The notes beneath the pieces are model-generated. The model worked only from the letters and a program-made list of their open reading frames with translations, had not been told where the DNA came from and did not search any database. The translations under genes and the position numbers were made by a program. A stretch of 64,000 nt of DNA from Corallochytrium limacisporum Hawaii (Eukaryota > Protista > Pluriformea), in the NCBI GenBank assembly GCA_002811645.1, contig PDIP01000017.1, positions 124,001 through 188,000 of the forward strand, read 5' to 3'. Shown here one piece after another: positions 21,621 to 32,567 of this stretch (position 1 is the first letter of the stretch; every line of letters begins with the position of its first letter).

Positions 21621-23876
21621 CTATGTTTCGTGTTCCTTGCCGGTCTCCTTTCCACCAGACTCTTTACCAAGAGAATGATTACTGGTGGAATCAACTGAAG
21701 GCTGTCGGTGAATTGTGAAGCCTTTCTCACGAGCCTGACTACCCATATCATCGCTGCGCGGTGACAGGACCGACGACCGAGGTGGGACCGCGGCAGCTGC
21801 CTCGTAGCTCGGTGTTCGGTTCATCTGTGGCCGAAGCATATTCACTTTTAGAGACTGAGGTCTCTGATGTTGATTCACCATCCGGCGGATCATGTCACGA
21901 TGGAGGTTGGGCTCGTGACCCTGCGGGAAACCCTGCTGCATTGCAGATATCATGCTACTGGATGCCACATTTTGCATACTGCTGAGACTACTCTTGACAT
22001 AGTCTGGCTCTTCACATTCATTTATACTCTCCTTCGAATATGCTGTGCTAAGCAACCCACCACGGAATCGTCCACTACCCCACAAACTTGGGAAACGGCG
22101 CTGCAACTCTGGTGGCAGCAGTTTGGTGTTGTGGAACTTGCTGTAATCCACGCAAAACTTAAGGTTCTTGACCGTGATGATAGGCTCATAGGTGTGATTC
22201 CACATGATCTCATTCGCTGTGTAGCTCCAGCGAGCCTGGAAATTGTCACTACAGGCTTCATCAATACCGTCCAGGACGGGAATGATCTCTGCGCGGATGC
22301 GCAAGAGATCCTCCCGGGTCATACCGAAGAGTGGACTGTTCTCATCAATGCGATGGACGACCGTCCATGGCAACGCTAGGAGGGGTGCACTCATGCTCGT
22401 GTTTCGCACACGAAGGTCTTGACGATTGACCTCAAAGTTCAGTTCCTGAATCTCGTATGGTTCATTGCATGGCACACGCTCCCGAGCCTTGTTTCTTCGC
22501 AGTCTCAGGAATAGTAGATGGAGCTGTGTGTCGACAAGCTGACTCTTGTGGCGCATGTTACCAATGCGGAATGTGAGACACGGAACCCCTGTCGTGTATT
22601 CACCAGACTTTTCTGCGCGCCGTCCGCTGCGCCACGTTGCAGTAGTACAATTGATAACGGCGCGCCGGCTGAAGAGGATCTTTCGTCTCATTCGAGATGG
22701 TCTTGAAATCTTCGCAAACACCAACCCAGTCACGAACGCATTGATCAAAATCGATGTCCAAGACTGTACCATAACCACGTAGTTACCTGCACCCCGTGGA
22801 CTTAGAACACCATATCCTATGGTATCTTGAGTTTGGATCGAGAAGAAAAAGCAATCCACAAAGCTGTCCGCTTGTTCTATGCCATCAACAACCCAGTACA
22901 TTACGGCAAAGACAAGATTGATCAAGATATAGATGACCAACGAAGCAGGTAGCAGCTTATACCAGCTGATATCTAGAACGTGGTGGTACATGTCTTTCAA
23001 AGCACTCATGAACGGTAAGTTGACTTGCTCCAGATTGAAGCCACCACGGCGATTAACCAAGCGAACGTATGGAAGATCATCCCTCATCTTTCGCAACTGT
23101 CCCGGCCGGAAGAAGAGATCATCCTCTTCCAAATCTTCCGGCAACTCATCGGGGAATTCTCCCATTTCGGGATCCATCCAAGGTGGTGTACCTGGTGTAA
23201 TACTGCCCCCAAAGGCCCGACCCATGTTTGTGTGAATGCTTTCATCATCGCCGTACACGGAACTGGCGGCACTGTCGTGTCCCTGGCGGGGAATGTGCAA
23301 ACCTTGCCAAGTGATTTGTCCCCCATTCGCGTTGTAGACCGATGGACCTCCATTGGTTTGTTGTGGTGGCAGAGCAGCGCCACCAAAGTCACTCAGGAAT
23401 GCACCGTAGCTCTGAGGCCGAGGTATGCGGGGCTGGCTTAGACTCGCCCCACCTTGACCAGACCCATGGCTTTTCATGCGAGCCTTGTCCGCACGGTAAG
23501 GTTCATCACCGTCATCGCCCGGTGTTAGTCGGCTCCTGAGAATACGCTCCTCCCCATGGCCTGGATGTTCGTGCCCTGGCTCTATCAAAGTAGGTGTGGT
23601 TAGTGAGGATCCACTGGTTCGCGTATCTGATTTCGAAATGGCCGAATGAGCCGCAAAGCCCCAGGCGTTTTTCTTCGGCTTTGCTCCATTTGTTCCTTCT
23701 TTCAGGTCTTTAGGTGAGCTGAGCAATGGCTGTTTCTCTCCAAGATTAGAGTTGGGTGAGTCAATGGAGGTGTTCGCAACCAACTCTTCGATGGACTCCA
23801 TGGAGTGCTCCATTGAAGACTTCATGAGACCAGACCGGGTGGAGTGTCCCCGGTCTATGTCTTTTCCCTTCACCAT
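21621..23876 (-). CDS. Inward-rectifier potassium channel (Kir family)
   Basis: Two TM segments flank the pore FFFSIQTQDTIGYG. Cytoplasmic motifs FAKISRP, ILFSRRAVI, CLTFRIGNMR, HRIDENSPL, QARWSY and VDYSKFH. First ATG at 23876. Confidence 0.93.
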   Translation of the reverse strand: MVKGKDIDRGHSTRSGLMKSSMEHSMESIEELVANTSIDSPNSNLGEKQPLLSSPKDLKEGTNGAKPKKNAWGFAAHSAISKSDTRTSGSSLTTPTLIEPGHEHPGHGEERILRSRLTPGDDGDEPYRADKARMKSHGSGQGGASLSQPRIPRPQSYGAFLSDFGGAALPPQQTNGGPSVYNANGGQITWQGLHIPRQGHDSAASSVYGDDESIHTNMGRAFGGSITPGTPPWMDPEMGEFPDELPEDLEEDDLFFRPGQLRKMRDDLPYVRLVNRRGGFNLEQVNLPFMSALKDMYHHVLDISWYKLLPASLVIYILINLVFAVMYWVVDGIEQADSFVDCFFFSIQTQDTIGYGVLSPRGAGNYVVMVQSWTSILINAFVTGLVFAKISRPSRMRRKILFSRRAVINCTTATWRSGRRAEKSGEYTTGVPCLTFRIGNMRHKSQLVDTQLHLLFLRLRRNKARERVPCNEPYEIQELNFEVNRQDLRVRNTSMSAPLLALPWTVVHRIDENSPLFGMTREDLLRIRAEIIPVLDGIDEACSDNFQARWSYTANEIMWNHTYEPIITVKNLKFCVDYSKFHNTKLLPPELQRRFPSLWGSGRFRGGLLSTAYSKESINECEEPDYVKSSLSSMQNVASSSMISAMQQGFPQGHEPNLHRDMIRRMVNQHQRPQSLKVNMLRPQMNRTPSYEAAAAVPPRSSVLSPRSDDMGSQAREKGFTIHRQPSVDSTSNHSLGKESGGKETGKEHET

Positions 23877-25424
23877 GTCTGTCCACGGCAGTAGCCGAGA
23901 ATTCACACGTGTGCTACCATACACAAACTTCTGAGATCCCAAATTGAGTGCAAACCCTTTCCATCCCTTGCAGCGACGTAGGACTCACCAATTTCTTTGA
24001 AGGGTCTAAGCGTTGTCCTATGGATCTCTCCAACGACATGATTGGCTCAGAGTTTTCACTTCCTAGTGCATGTACCACATCAAGTACCATACCAAGTAAA
24101 GGGCGCCTATTTAAACAAAGAAACACTCATGAGCGGTCCTCGGATATGTCCTTTTCTCCCGTCCTTGCCTCCATTAAAGCGGCTGAGATTCTCCCGCTTA
24201 GTCCCGAACTTCTGAACCCGCTCTCTGCGCGGCTCCCGTCTCTGGGCTGTGCGGTCGGAGAGTGTGCGCTCACTGGGGCGCCCAGGCGCGCAAAGCCCAA
24301 AAAAAAAGGGGGAGGGGGGTGGCGGCGGCTTTGACGGGAAGGAAGAAGGAAAGGTGTCTGGGTTGGGAGGGGAGCGCGGGGCGGGGAGAACGAATGGGCC
24401 GACCGCCGCAGAAAACGCGGCGGATGAAAGTGCAAAAGCCAGACACCCCCCGCCGGCTACCAGCATACAGCACCATCACAGGCACAGCACCCGAATGGCG
24501 CACCCGAGTTCTCTCTGGCAACCGAACCGTGCCTGCATGCTCGCTTTATTTCGAGCAAGTGCACATTGCTGTGTGCTTCTTCACCATCTGGTGCAGTATG
24601 GCATGTGGTCCGGTCCATGTACCATGACGTACGTTCATGAGTGCGCATTCTGATAGGGATTCTATAGCGACTTGGGACCGGTCCTCCTTCCATTGTTCGA
24701 GGTCATCGCGCTTTACAACCACACGACGGTCCCGCAGTGCCGAGTCACCATACAGCTTGCCTGGGTCATCAACAGAATTACTGCCCGATTGCATGAACAG
24801 ATCCCCATTCACAGACTATAGCGAGGGCAAAATCTCAATCCATCTCGGGGAGATTGATAGGGGATGACAGAGCACGGCAGCCACAAAATTTTTTCTTGTG
24901 AAATTGACAGCAGCGCGAAAACCTTGGTGAATTAAGCACGGCCGGGTTATTATCCAAAGGAGGCAACCGCTCCTGCAGCGGGGCAAGTCGTGCTGCTGCC
25001 ACCGCCAGTTCTGGCCGGCTCCGGCCCTAGACAGTTACAGCTGCCAAGCACCGGGTACAGTGTAGCAATGGACCGTCCCCCTGCTTTAGTGCCGGGTCGG
25101 ATGGGCAGTAGTATTGATTCTGGGGCAACCCCGGCTGTATGGTGAAAGTACTGAATTCAAATGTTCAGTACATTTAGTACCGAACATCTCACTTCGCGGT
25201 GTGCAAGGGTAAAATGAAAACGCCACAACAGCGCACGTTGGGCGGCGGAGCGAGAAGAGAACGAGAACGACAAATACCTGTGCAGCTTCTGTAATCGGTG
25301 CAACACAGGAACATCTCTTTTTGTAGTTCTGACAAGCTATTTCAGAAATTTCAGGTCTCACTTGAAGGAACGCATGTAAGACCTGGAGCTTGAATCAGGC
25401 CTTGGGGTCACCAGTAAGGAAACC

Positions 25425-25841
25425 ATGGAACAGAAGGACGACTTTCCCGGCATGGCCAGCCTGCTGCAGCAGGTGGATAAGAAGCTCATTGTAGTTCTCC
25501 GGGACGGACGCAAGCTCATCGGATACTTGCGTTCTTTTGATCAATTTGGAAATCTTGTGCTCCATGAAACAATTGAGCGTGTGTATGCGGGAAATGTCTA
25601 TGGAGATATGCCACGAGGTATCTTTCTGATCAGGGGGGAGAGCATAGTTATGATGGGTGAAATTAGTCCCGCCAAGGAAGCTACGCTTCCCTTGCAGCAG
25701 GTCAGTTTCGAGGAGGCTCTGTTCGCCCAAGCAGATGAACGCGAGCAAAAGGAAGAAGAACAGAGGGCTAAGTCCCGGGCGTTGGTGAACCGCGGTCTGC
25801 AGCCTGGAAACGATCCCACTTCGGAAGATGTCTGGACATAA
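25425..25841 (+). CDS. LSM1: Sm-like protein LSm1
   Basis: Motifs VDKKLIVVLRDGRKLIGYLRSFDQFGNLVL and PRGIFLIRGE. Confidence 0.95.
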   Translation: MEQKDDFPGMASLLQQVDKKLIVVLRDGRKLIGYLRSFDQFGNLVLHETIERVYAGNVYGDMPRGIFLIRGESIVMMGEISPAKEATLPLQQVSFEEALFAQADEREQKEEEQRAKSRALVNRGLQPGNDPTSEDVWT

Positions 25842-25896
25842 AGAATGAGTTTTATTACATCATAAATGTACATTCATGAGCATAGACTTATAACCA

Positions 25897-26964
25897 TCAT
25901 TGTGGAACACGTTGCCGATGTCCAGCGATGGCCAGTGCAATTTCTGTGCGTCCATGTTGGGTATGTAACTGATCGTGATCTTTATACAACGGCAAGCGTT
26001 CCTGCAGATCTATTCCCTGCTCGGCAAGCCTTCCTGTCAGTTCATGGATGCTTGGGAAACCATAATCTGCATTGACTTCATCAAGAGGGGAAATTCCCCC
26101 GAGATCACAAGCACCAGCATGGATGCAATCCACGAGGATATTCTTGTCTGTGGGTCTGTGCTCCACTTGGACCAGGTTTGGCGGTACCTGAATCCTGACC
26201 GAATGCGGTAGGATCTCCTTTGCCTCTTTGATAATTTCCGGCATCCTTTCTAGAGGAAACGGCGGTAATGCGCCAGTTTTTGCCGTCTCCAACTGCTTGT
26301 TTGCACTTCCCGGGCTAAATGGTTGGATGATGCACTCTTGGATGTGTCCAAACTGCAGGGCTAGGTCGCCTATTACTGTCAGACTTTCCCGGCGCTCTTC
26401 GTCAGTCTCTCCAAGCCCCAGCAGCACTCCTGTTGTAAACGGTATTCCCAATCTACCTGCCATCTCGATCTGTTGAATGCGATGCTCAGGGACTTTGGAG
26501 GGACAATTTCGATGAACTGTCCTCATCAACCGTGGAGTGGCCTGCTCTAGCATTAGTCCCATGCTCGCGTTGACTGAGGCAAGTCGGTTCATCTCCTCGG
26601 GTAGCAGTGGGCCCACGTTTGCGTGTGGCAAAAATCCCATTGATAAAGCAACTTTACACATTTCAAAGATATGTTCAAACCATGCTTTTCGACGATTATG
26701 TTTTGGATGGATCTCTCCGCTCAAGACCAGCACTTCTGTGATGCTCTGCTTGCCAATTTGCAACTCCCGTAACTTACTTACCAATTTGTCCAGGGGCATC
26801 ATTTCCCCATAAGGTTTGACATTTTTGCGGAAGCTGCAATATGTGCATGTGTTAAAGCATTCATATGTCGGTACTGCTGTCCATGATCTGGAATACGTCA
26901 CGATCCGTCTAGGACCCTTCTCTACCAAGTGTACGGCCCTGCCCAGCGCCAGTGTGCAGCGCAT
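25897..26964 (-). CDS. cofG: 7,8-didemethyl-8-hydroxy-5-deazariboflavin (FO) synthase subunit CofG, radical SAM
   Basis: VTYS, VPTYECFNTCTYCSFR (CxxxCxxC), LVLSGEIHP, GFLPHANVG, VNASMGLMLEQ, IPFTTGVLLGLGET, HIQECIIQ, QVPPNL and DLGGISP-DEVN. First ATG at 26964. Confidence 0.9.
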   Translation of the reverse strand: MRCTLALGRAVHLVEKGPRRIVTYSRSWTAVPTYECFNTCTYCSFRKNVKPYGEMMPLDKLVSKLRELQIGKQSITEVLVLSGEIHPKHNRRKAWFEHIFEMCKVALSMGFLPHANVGPLLPEEMNRLASVNASMGLMLEQATPRLMRTVHRNCPSKVPEHRIQQIEMAGRLGIPFTTGVLLGLGETDEERRESLTVIGDLALQFGHIQECIIQPFSPGSANKQLETAKTGALPPFPLERMPEIIKEAKEILPHSVRIQVPPNLVQVEHRPTDKNILVDCIHAGACDLGGISPLDEVNADYGFPSIHELTGRLAEQGIDLQERLPLYKDHDQLHTQHGRTEIALAIAGHRQRVPQ

Positions 26965-27178
26965 TGTGCAATATTTTGTCACTTATGCTCAGTTTCATTC
27001 ACATCGTGGATTCAATTCAGACCAATCCATCTGTTGTGTTGAAGTATGTACGGTTGCTAGTCAGGAGCGAGTTCCGAAGTACCCGCATCTAAGAAAAAAC
27101 TGGCCCGATGAAAACTATGTAATATTGATTAATTTTTATTGATCGATACAGGAGTTCAGCTGGTTCGACGAATCACAG

Positions 27179-27679
27179 TCATGACTCCGCATCTCTTCCT
27201 GCAGCAACACAGAAGTTTTCAATGTCTATCTTTGCAGCATCCAGTGCCTGAATGATCACACTTTCATCGAATTGCTCAGATGTACCTGATTCTATGGCTT
27301 GCACAAGCATTTCGATCTGGGTGGTTGAAGCCAAGATTTGCTCCTTTAAATTCCTGACGATCTCCTCTGCGTCAGTTAGAGCATGTCGTAAGATCTCAGC
27401 ATCCTGTTCTTGTTGCTGCTGTATTAAATCACTTTTGAATGAGTCCAGCTCATTGTCTGCAGCAAAATTTCGAAGTTCAGTACGCACATTATCCTCCCTT
27501 TCTTGGATCGCCTGCAATACAGAAAGGTACAAACTTGCGATCTCGCCGGCATGTTTTTTCTGTTCCGTCACGGTGAATAGAGCCATAAATGCGTCTAATG
27601 GTGGATGTGTCTCTGTCGTTTTTCTAAGCAGGACGTCTTCCGCTATGCGGAGAGACTCTCGTGAATCTGCATCATTCAT
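27179..27679 (-). CDS. Hypothetical coiled-coil protein
   Basis: Frame open 27769-27179 with first ATG at 27679; E/Q/L-rich helical composition; an upstream exon is possible. Confidence 0.55.
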   Translation of the reverse strand: MNDADSRESLRIAEDVLLRKTTETHPPLDAFMALFTVTEQKKHAGEIASLYLSVLQAIQEREDNVRTELRNFAADNELDSFKSDLIQQQQEQDAEILRHALTDAEEIVRNLKEQILASTTQIEMLVQAIESGTSEQFDESVIIQALDAAKIDIENFCVAAGRDAES

Positions 27680-27890
27680 ACTCTCCGGATCATTCACATC
27701 TTGATTGCCTGTGGCAATACAACATTTCGCCTCGACCAAATCACCTCTGCCTTCTTTTGACTCACTCAAGTAGTAGCGAACCTAAAGAATGCCCTCAGGA
27801 CATGCTCTACGGAGACGAGGCTGGTCAACACCAGTAATACTGTCACCCTTCTTGGTTGCGCGAGGGTACCTTTATGGCAACTCAAACACT

Positions 27891-27908
27891 CCCCCCCCCG
27901 GGGGGGGG
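27891..27908. promoter_or_regulatory. Perfect C9G9 palindrome in a divergent promoter region
   Basis: cccccccccggggggggg lies between divergently transcribed genes; related CnGn tracts at 30483, 31879 and 43373. Confidence 0.5.
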
Positions 27909-28480
27909 TAGTCGCAGTTGCACACCCTATACATATCAATCTGGCGCCAAAAACAAACTGAGTGCTCATTGGGCAAACCCAGGATTCCTGTTCTGCAAAC
28001 TTTCCTTAGTGAGATCGTGGGGCGCACACATGAGGAGTTGGGGAGGTCACGGAAATTATGCTAATCGATCTCTGCGATCAACGGGGCCGCCAAGGATTGT
28101 TTGGGGGCCATATATTGCTTTGCATAGTTAATGTACGGACTTTATCTCTGGCCCGTTCTTTCCCACCGACACCTTAAGTGGTGTGCACCTCTATTCGAAT
28201 GAAACAGTCGCAAATCAAGACATAGAAGAATGCAACATTTTTTGTCAACTATGTGGTTCACTATTTGCTACGCGCAGTTCTGCGGGATCCACCCGACTAA
28301 TGCAGTCTGTCTCAACTCCGTTGCTTCTCCGGACGGTAGGGTCGGATGTCAGGCAAGTCAGGAGCAAGCGACGTTCACTTTTCAGCTATGAAAAGGCAAT
28401 GAATGAGTCCTTGATGCAGTTCTTCATAGGCGCCACTGTCACCTACGATACCCAATTTGCAAAGGTTTCTTTGGTAAACA

Positions 28481-29068
28481 ATGGCGGGACCTAGCCCATT
28501 CAAGAAGACTGAGATCGCTCCCTTGAGCCAGCGGCCAGTGGACTTGATGCTTGTGCTCTACTTGCTGATGCACATCCCATCCACCCTGATGATGTCCGTT
28601 CAAGCGCTGCCTGGTGTTGGCCCTTACGTACCGGAGGTCTTTAAGAACATGCTGGCAACTTATCTCCAGATGTACAAGGACCCATTTTTGGTCGACCCTC
28701 CAATCTGGTTTCAGTCCTTCATTGTCTGCGAAGTGTTCATACAGCTGCCATTTTCCATTTTTGCACTGCATGCATTGATCAACGGGCACAGCTGGATTAA
28801 GCGTGCTGCCATTGCTTACGGCGCTCATGTGGCTACCACTACCCTTCCAACTATTGCCACCGTTTTCTTCGAGGATTTCTCGGGCAAAGGGTACGGACCT
28901 CAGACCTGGGAGGATCGCATTGATCTATTCACTCTTTACGGACCTTTTTTCTTCATTCCCCTGGCCATCTGTGCGAAGTTTATGGCTGATGATGCTCAGC
29001 TTTACGATACAATCCAAGTCGATCCCCTAGCCAACAAGGGCATCCGCGGTCGCAAGAAGAATGAGTAG
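28481..29068 (+). CDS. TMEM97: TMEM97/sigma-2 receptor (EXPERA domain) protein
   Basis: Motifs HIPSTL, YKDPFL, PPIWFQSFIVCEVFIQLP and YGAHVATT; C-terminal KKNE ER-retrieval motif. Confidence 0.88.
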   Translation: MAGPSPFKKTEIAPLSQRPVDLMLVLYLLMHIPSTLMMSVQALPGVGPYVPEVFKNMLATYLQMYKDPFLVDPPIWFQSFIVCEVFIQLPFSIFALHALINGHSWIKRAAIAYGAHVATTTLPTIATVFFEDFSGKGYGPQTWEDRIDLFTLYGPFFFIPLAICAKFMADDAQLYDTIQVDPLANKGIRGRKKNE

Positions 29069-29185
29069 ATATATGAGGGCTTGAATGCACCAAAAGCAGA
29101 TCGCTACAACCACCAAACAATACATGACTCCTCAGTATAGATGCAATTTATTTCTATTGTAATCTTGGTCAACACAGACGAAGCA

Positions 29186-29926
29186 TTAGAATTTTTCCAC
29201 ATAGGGTCGGACCTCGGTTTCATGGGACCAAGCAGTCTTGTCCTGTGCATGCAGCATCCAGTAGGTGTCTGCAATTGCATCAGGATTCAAGAAAGAGTCT
29301 TCCGGTCGATCGGGGAACATGTCTTTCGCACGTGATGACAGAATCTGGCCGTCAATGTTAATACTGGCAACATGGATGCCCTTAGGCTGGTACTCACGGG
29401 CCAGGCTCTGAGCTACGGCACGCAAAGCAAACTTTGCCGGGGCGAAAGTGACGAAGCGAGCTCCCGACCGCAGGCTAGCTGTGGCACCAGTGAATAGGAT
29501 AGTGCCTTTCCCAGCTGCTTCCATCTCCGGGATCACTGCCTTAGCACAGGCAAATCCACCACCAGCACCCACCCGCAAGGAGGTCATGAAGAGGTCAGGC
29601 TCAATATCTGCAGGTGCGGGCGGAGGCCAGGTCTTGCTCCCGGTGCTGGGTCCAACATTGTAAATGAGCACTTCAGGAGCTCCAAACTTGGCATTGATGT
29701 CGCCAAACACTTTGGCTACAGCTTCAAAATCACCACAGTCCAATGGGAACGAGTCGCAGCATCCAGCACCGAACGACTTTTCCAGCTCGTCCTGCACTGG
29801 CTTCAGATTGGCTTCGGTGCGGCCGCACAGAGCCACCTTATAACCTTCTTTCGCCCATCTGCGGGCCAGAGCGGCACCCAGGCCAGGGCCAACACCACAG
29901 ACGACGCAGGTTCTTGCAACGGACAT
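29186..29926 (-). CDS. Short-chain dehydrogenase/reductase
   Basis: Rossmann motif GVGPGLG, plus TGATASLR, FAPAKFALRAVAQSLARE and HVASINIDG. First ATG at 29926. Confidence 0.9.
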   Translation of the reverse strand: MSVARTCVVCGVGPGLGAALARRWAKEGYKVALCGRTEANLKPVQDELEKSFGAGCCDSFPLDCGDFEAVAKVFGDINAKFGAPEVLIYNVGPSTGSKTWPPPAPADIEPDLFMTSLRVGAGGGFACAKAVIPEMEAAGKGTILFTGATASLRSGARFVTFAPAKFALRAVAQSLAREYQPKGIHVASINIDGQILSSRAKDMFPDRPEDSFLNPDAIADTYWMLHAQDKTAWSHETEVRPYVEKF

Positions 29927-30686
29927 CTTGAACACTTCGGGTAGTCTAGTTACTTAGCGAGGTATGTAAGTAGTACAACCGGTCAACTCCACAGTCAGTC
30001 AAGATCTCCCCAGTTTCTGTACCTGTGAGAATAACCACTGAAGGTTTCGCACGACCTCAACCACTCTCGACACTGTTGATGTATTCTTCGATGACTCAGG
30101 CAATGGCCATTCTGCTACCATCTCTCCTGTCCATCCTTTTGCCTTATAACGCAGGGATCTGCTAGGCCACGGTCCCAGCATTCCGTTTCCACTGTGAAGA
30201 GAGATGGGCTGACCTACCCGCCCTCATCCCGTACAACGGCGTGCGTACTAATACATCCGTGAGGGAGGTGCAAGATATATGGCTAAACAAGACTAAGCCT
30301 CGTCCCGAATTCCTCACAGACATCTCCGCCCCTTCTCTGATAGCAGGTGCCGGTCGGCTGGTCAATATACCGCAGGAATCAAAAACTTGGGGGGGGGGAC
30401 CCCTCGCTCCCGTCCGGACGAGCACTACGTAAATCAGGCACCACCGCTGCTCCTGTTGTTTGATTGCGTTGGCGGCGGAGAACCCCCCCGGGGGGGGGGG
30501 GATCAAAGTCGGGAGGACGAGACAAAAATAGCACTGCTGTTCCGCGGGATCGATGAGACCAGAGAAGCGATTTACATTGTTTGTGAGGTAGTTCAAGCTG
30601 GACGATGAGATCATCAGTAAAGCATTGGCAGATTATCTACAAAGTAATGGGTAGATTACAAGACTAGACTAGATTGTATCGGAACC

Positions 30687-31634
30687 ATGTTATCCCTCGT
30701 CAAGGCAGGAAAGTCCTTTGGCAAGTTCGGTGCCAGAGCATTCTCTACAAGTCGTCCTTCTCAGCTTCAGAAGGTCATGATCCTCGGTGCTGGCAGCATG
30801 GGTGCCGGTATTGCCCAGGTGACGGCACAGAACAAGTTTGATGTTGTCCTTGTCGATACTCAGCAGGGGGCGCTGGATGAAGGCATGGACCGTATCCAGA
30901 AGTCTTTGACCAGGGTGGCAAAGAAGAAGTTTGAGGGCAATGAACAAGCCACCAAGGATTTTGTCGATGGCACAATGTCGGGAATCACCACGAACACCAA
31001 TGCAGAGGACGCCATCAAGGGATGTGACCTGTTAGTTGAAGCTATTGTCGAAAACATCGACATCAAGAAGAAGGTGTTTGGGAGCCTGGACAAGGTAGCT
31101 GACCCTCACACAATCTTTGCTTCCAACACCAGCTCTCTGAGCATTGATGAGATGGCTGAGGCCGTGGACCGCAAGGATAAGTTTGGAGGTTTGCACTTCT
31201 TTAATCCTGTGGCCGTGATGAAGCTCGTGGAAGTTGTTAAGGGTGCTGCGACCAGTGATGAAACCCACAACACCCTTATGGAGTACGGTAAGGCCATCGG
31301 GAAGTACACCGTCGATTGTCGTGATACTCCTGGTTTTGTGGTCAATCGTCTGCTGGTCCCCTACCTAATGGAAGCAATCCGCATGCTGGAGCGAGGCGAT
31401 GCGACCGCCAAGGACATTGATGCTGCCATGAAGCTGGGCGCTGGTTACCCGATGGGTCCCTTCGAGCTCCTCGACTACACCGGTGTTGACATCACCCACT
31501 CCGTAATTGCTGGTTGGCATAAGAAATTCCCCGATTCCCCCTTGTTTGAGCCTAGCAAGCTTCTCGACAAGCTCGTGGCTGAGGGCAAGACCGGTATCAA
31601 AGCAGGCGAGGGCGTCTACAAGTACAACAAGTAA
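30687..31634 (+). CDS. HADH: Mitochondrial 3-hydroxyacyl-CoA dehydrogenase, copy 1
   Basis: Presequence, [33 protein letters not shown] and [13 protein letters not shown]. Confidence 0.96.
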   Translation: MLSLVKAGKSFGKFGARAFSTSRPSQLQKVMILGAGSMGAGIAQVTAQNKFDVVLVDTQQGALDEGMDRIQKSLTRVAKKKFEGNEQATKDFVDGTMSGITTNTNAEDAIKGCDLLVEAIVENIDIKKKVFGSLDKVADPHTIFASNTSSLSIDEMAEAVDRKDKFGGLHFFNPVAVMKLVEVVKGAATSDETHNTLMEYGKAIGKYTVDCRDTPGFVVNRLLVPYLMEAIRMLERGDATAKDIDAAMKLGAGYPMGPFELLDYTGVDITHSVIAGWHKKFPDSPLFEPSKLLDKLVAEGKTGIKAGEGVYKYNK

Positions 31635-32567
31635 CTGGTCCCACCAAACAGTAGGTGCCCCGTGTTCCCCACCCCCCGCGCCACACCTCTCGAGGGCGCT
31701 TTGCGGTGAGGGTGTCCCACAGGAACAAAAATATTGATCTATGTGTACACTAATTTTGAGGTTTCCGTGTTTTACTTTTTTGGGTGCGCCCTTGTTTGCT
31801 TTCGTCACCCCTCTGAAGCGGGTCGGTCCCTGGTATAAAATCCACTTGGAAACTAGTTAGGGATAAGCGAGAGACCCTCCCGGGGGGGGGGGGCCGTCAG
31901 GTCGTGAAAATGTCCAAACCCATACTGAAACAACCTTGGCAGTGTGCCAGTAGAGTACGGATGGGTGGACACGGACTATTGCGAGTCTATCCACGCGGAG
32001 CTGGCGTGTTCACGACAGAGAGAATTTCATCGTTGGGGCGTGTGCTGATGCGTGACAGTTCCGTGACGGGCGGTGGTACGTCCGTCAAGGTCCCGTTTTT
32101 TAATGGAGGAGGGGCAGTACAATCACGCTTTGCTTCTTGCTTCGCCCTGGCTGACTAGGTCACCAAAACCCCTTCCCAGCTGATCACAAAAGGGATTGGG
32201 GTGAGGAGAATCGGCTGGTTTCCGTCCTGATTGGGTTTCTAATAAACAGAGGAGTACTTGGCGTATCAGTTTCTATGCGAGAGTCCTATTGCCGCTCGTA
32301 GTCCAAAAACTCGATGCTCCCTTTCCCTTATATCACATGCATGCAGAGTTGGGAGTACTGATCGGAAAACACCCGCGGTAATGGTGAAGAGTGTGCCCCC
32401 CCCAAGCTAGTAGTGTAGGCGACGAACTTTGACTTGGGATGAGTTGGCCGATTGTGGCCGATGGTAGGTATGAAATCGTCTACTTGAAGTGTAGGGTTTT
32501 CCAGCTGGTAATAGTGAGCACGACTAAAAATGAGAAAAGTGTTCGGAGCGCCAGTCAAACACCAAAC

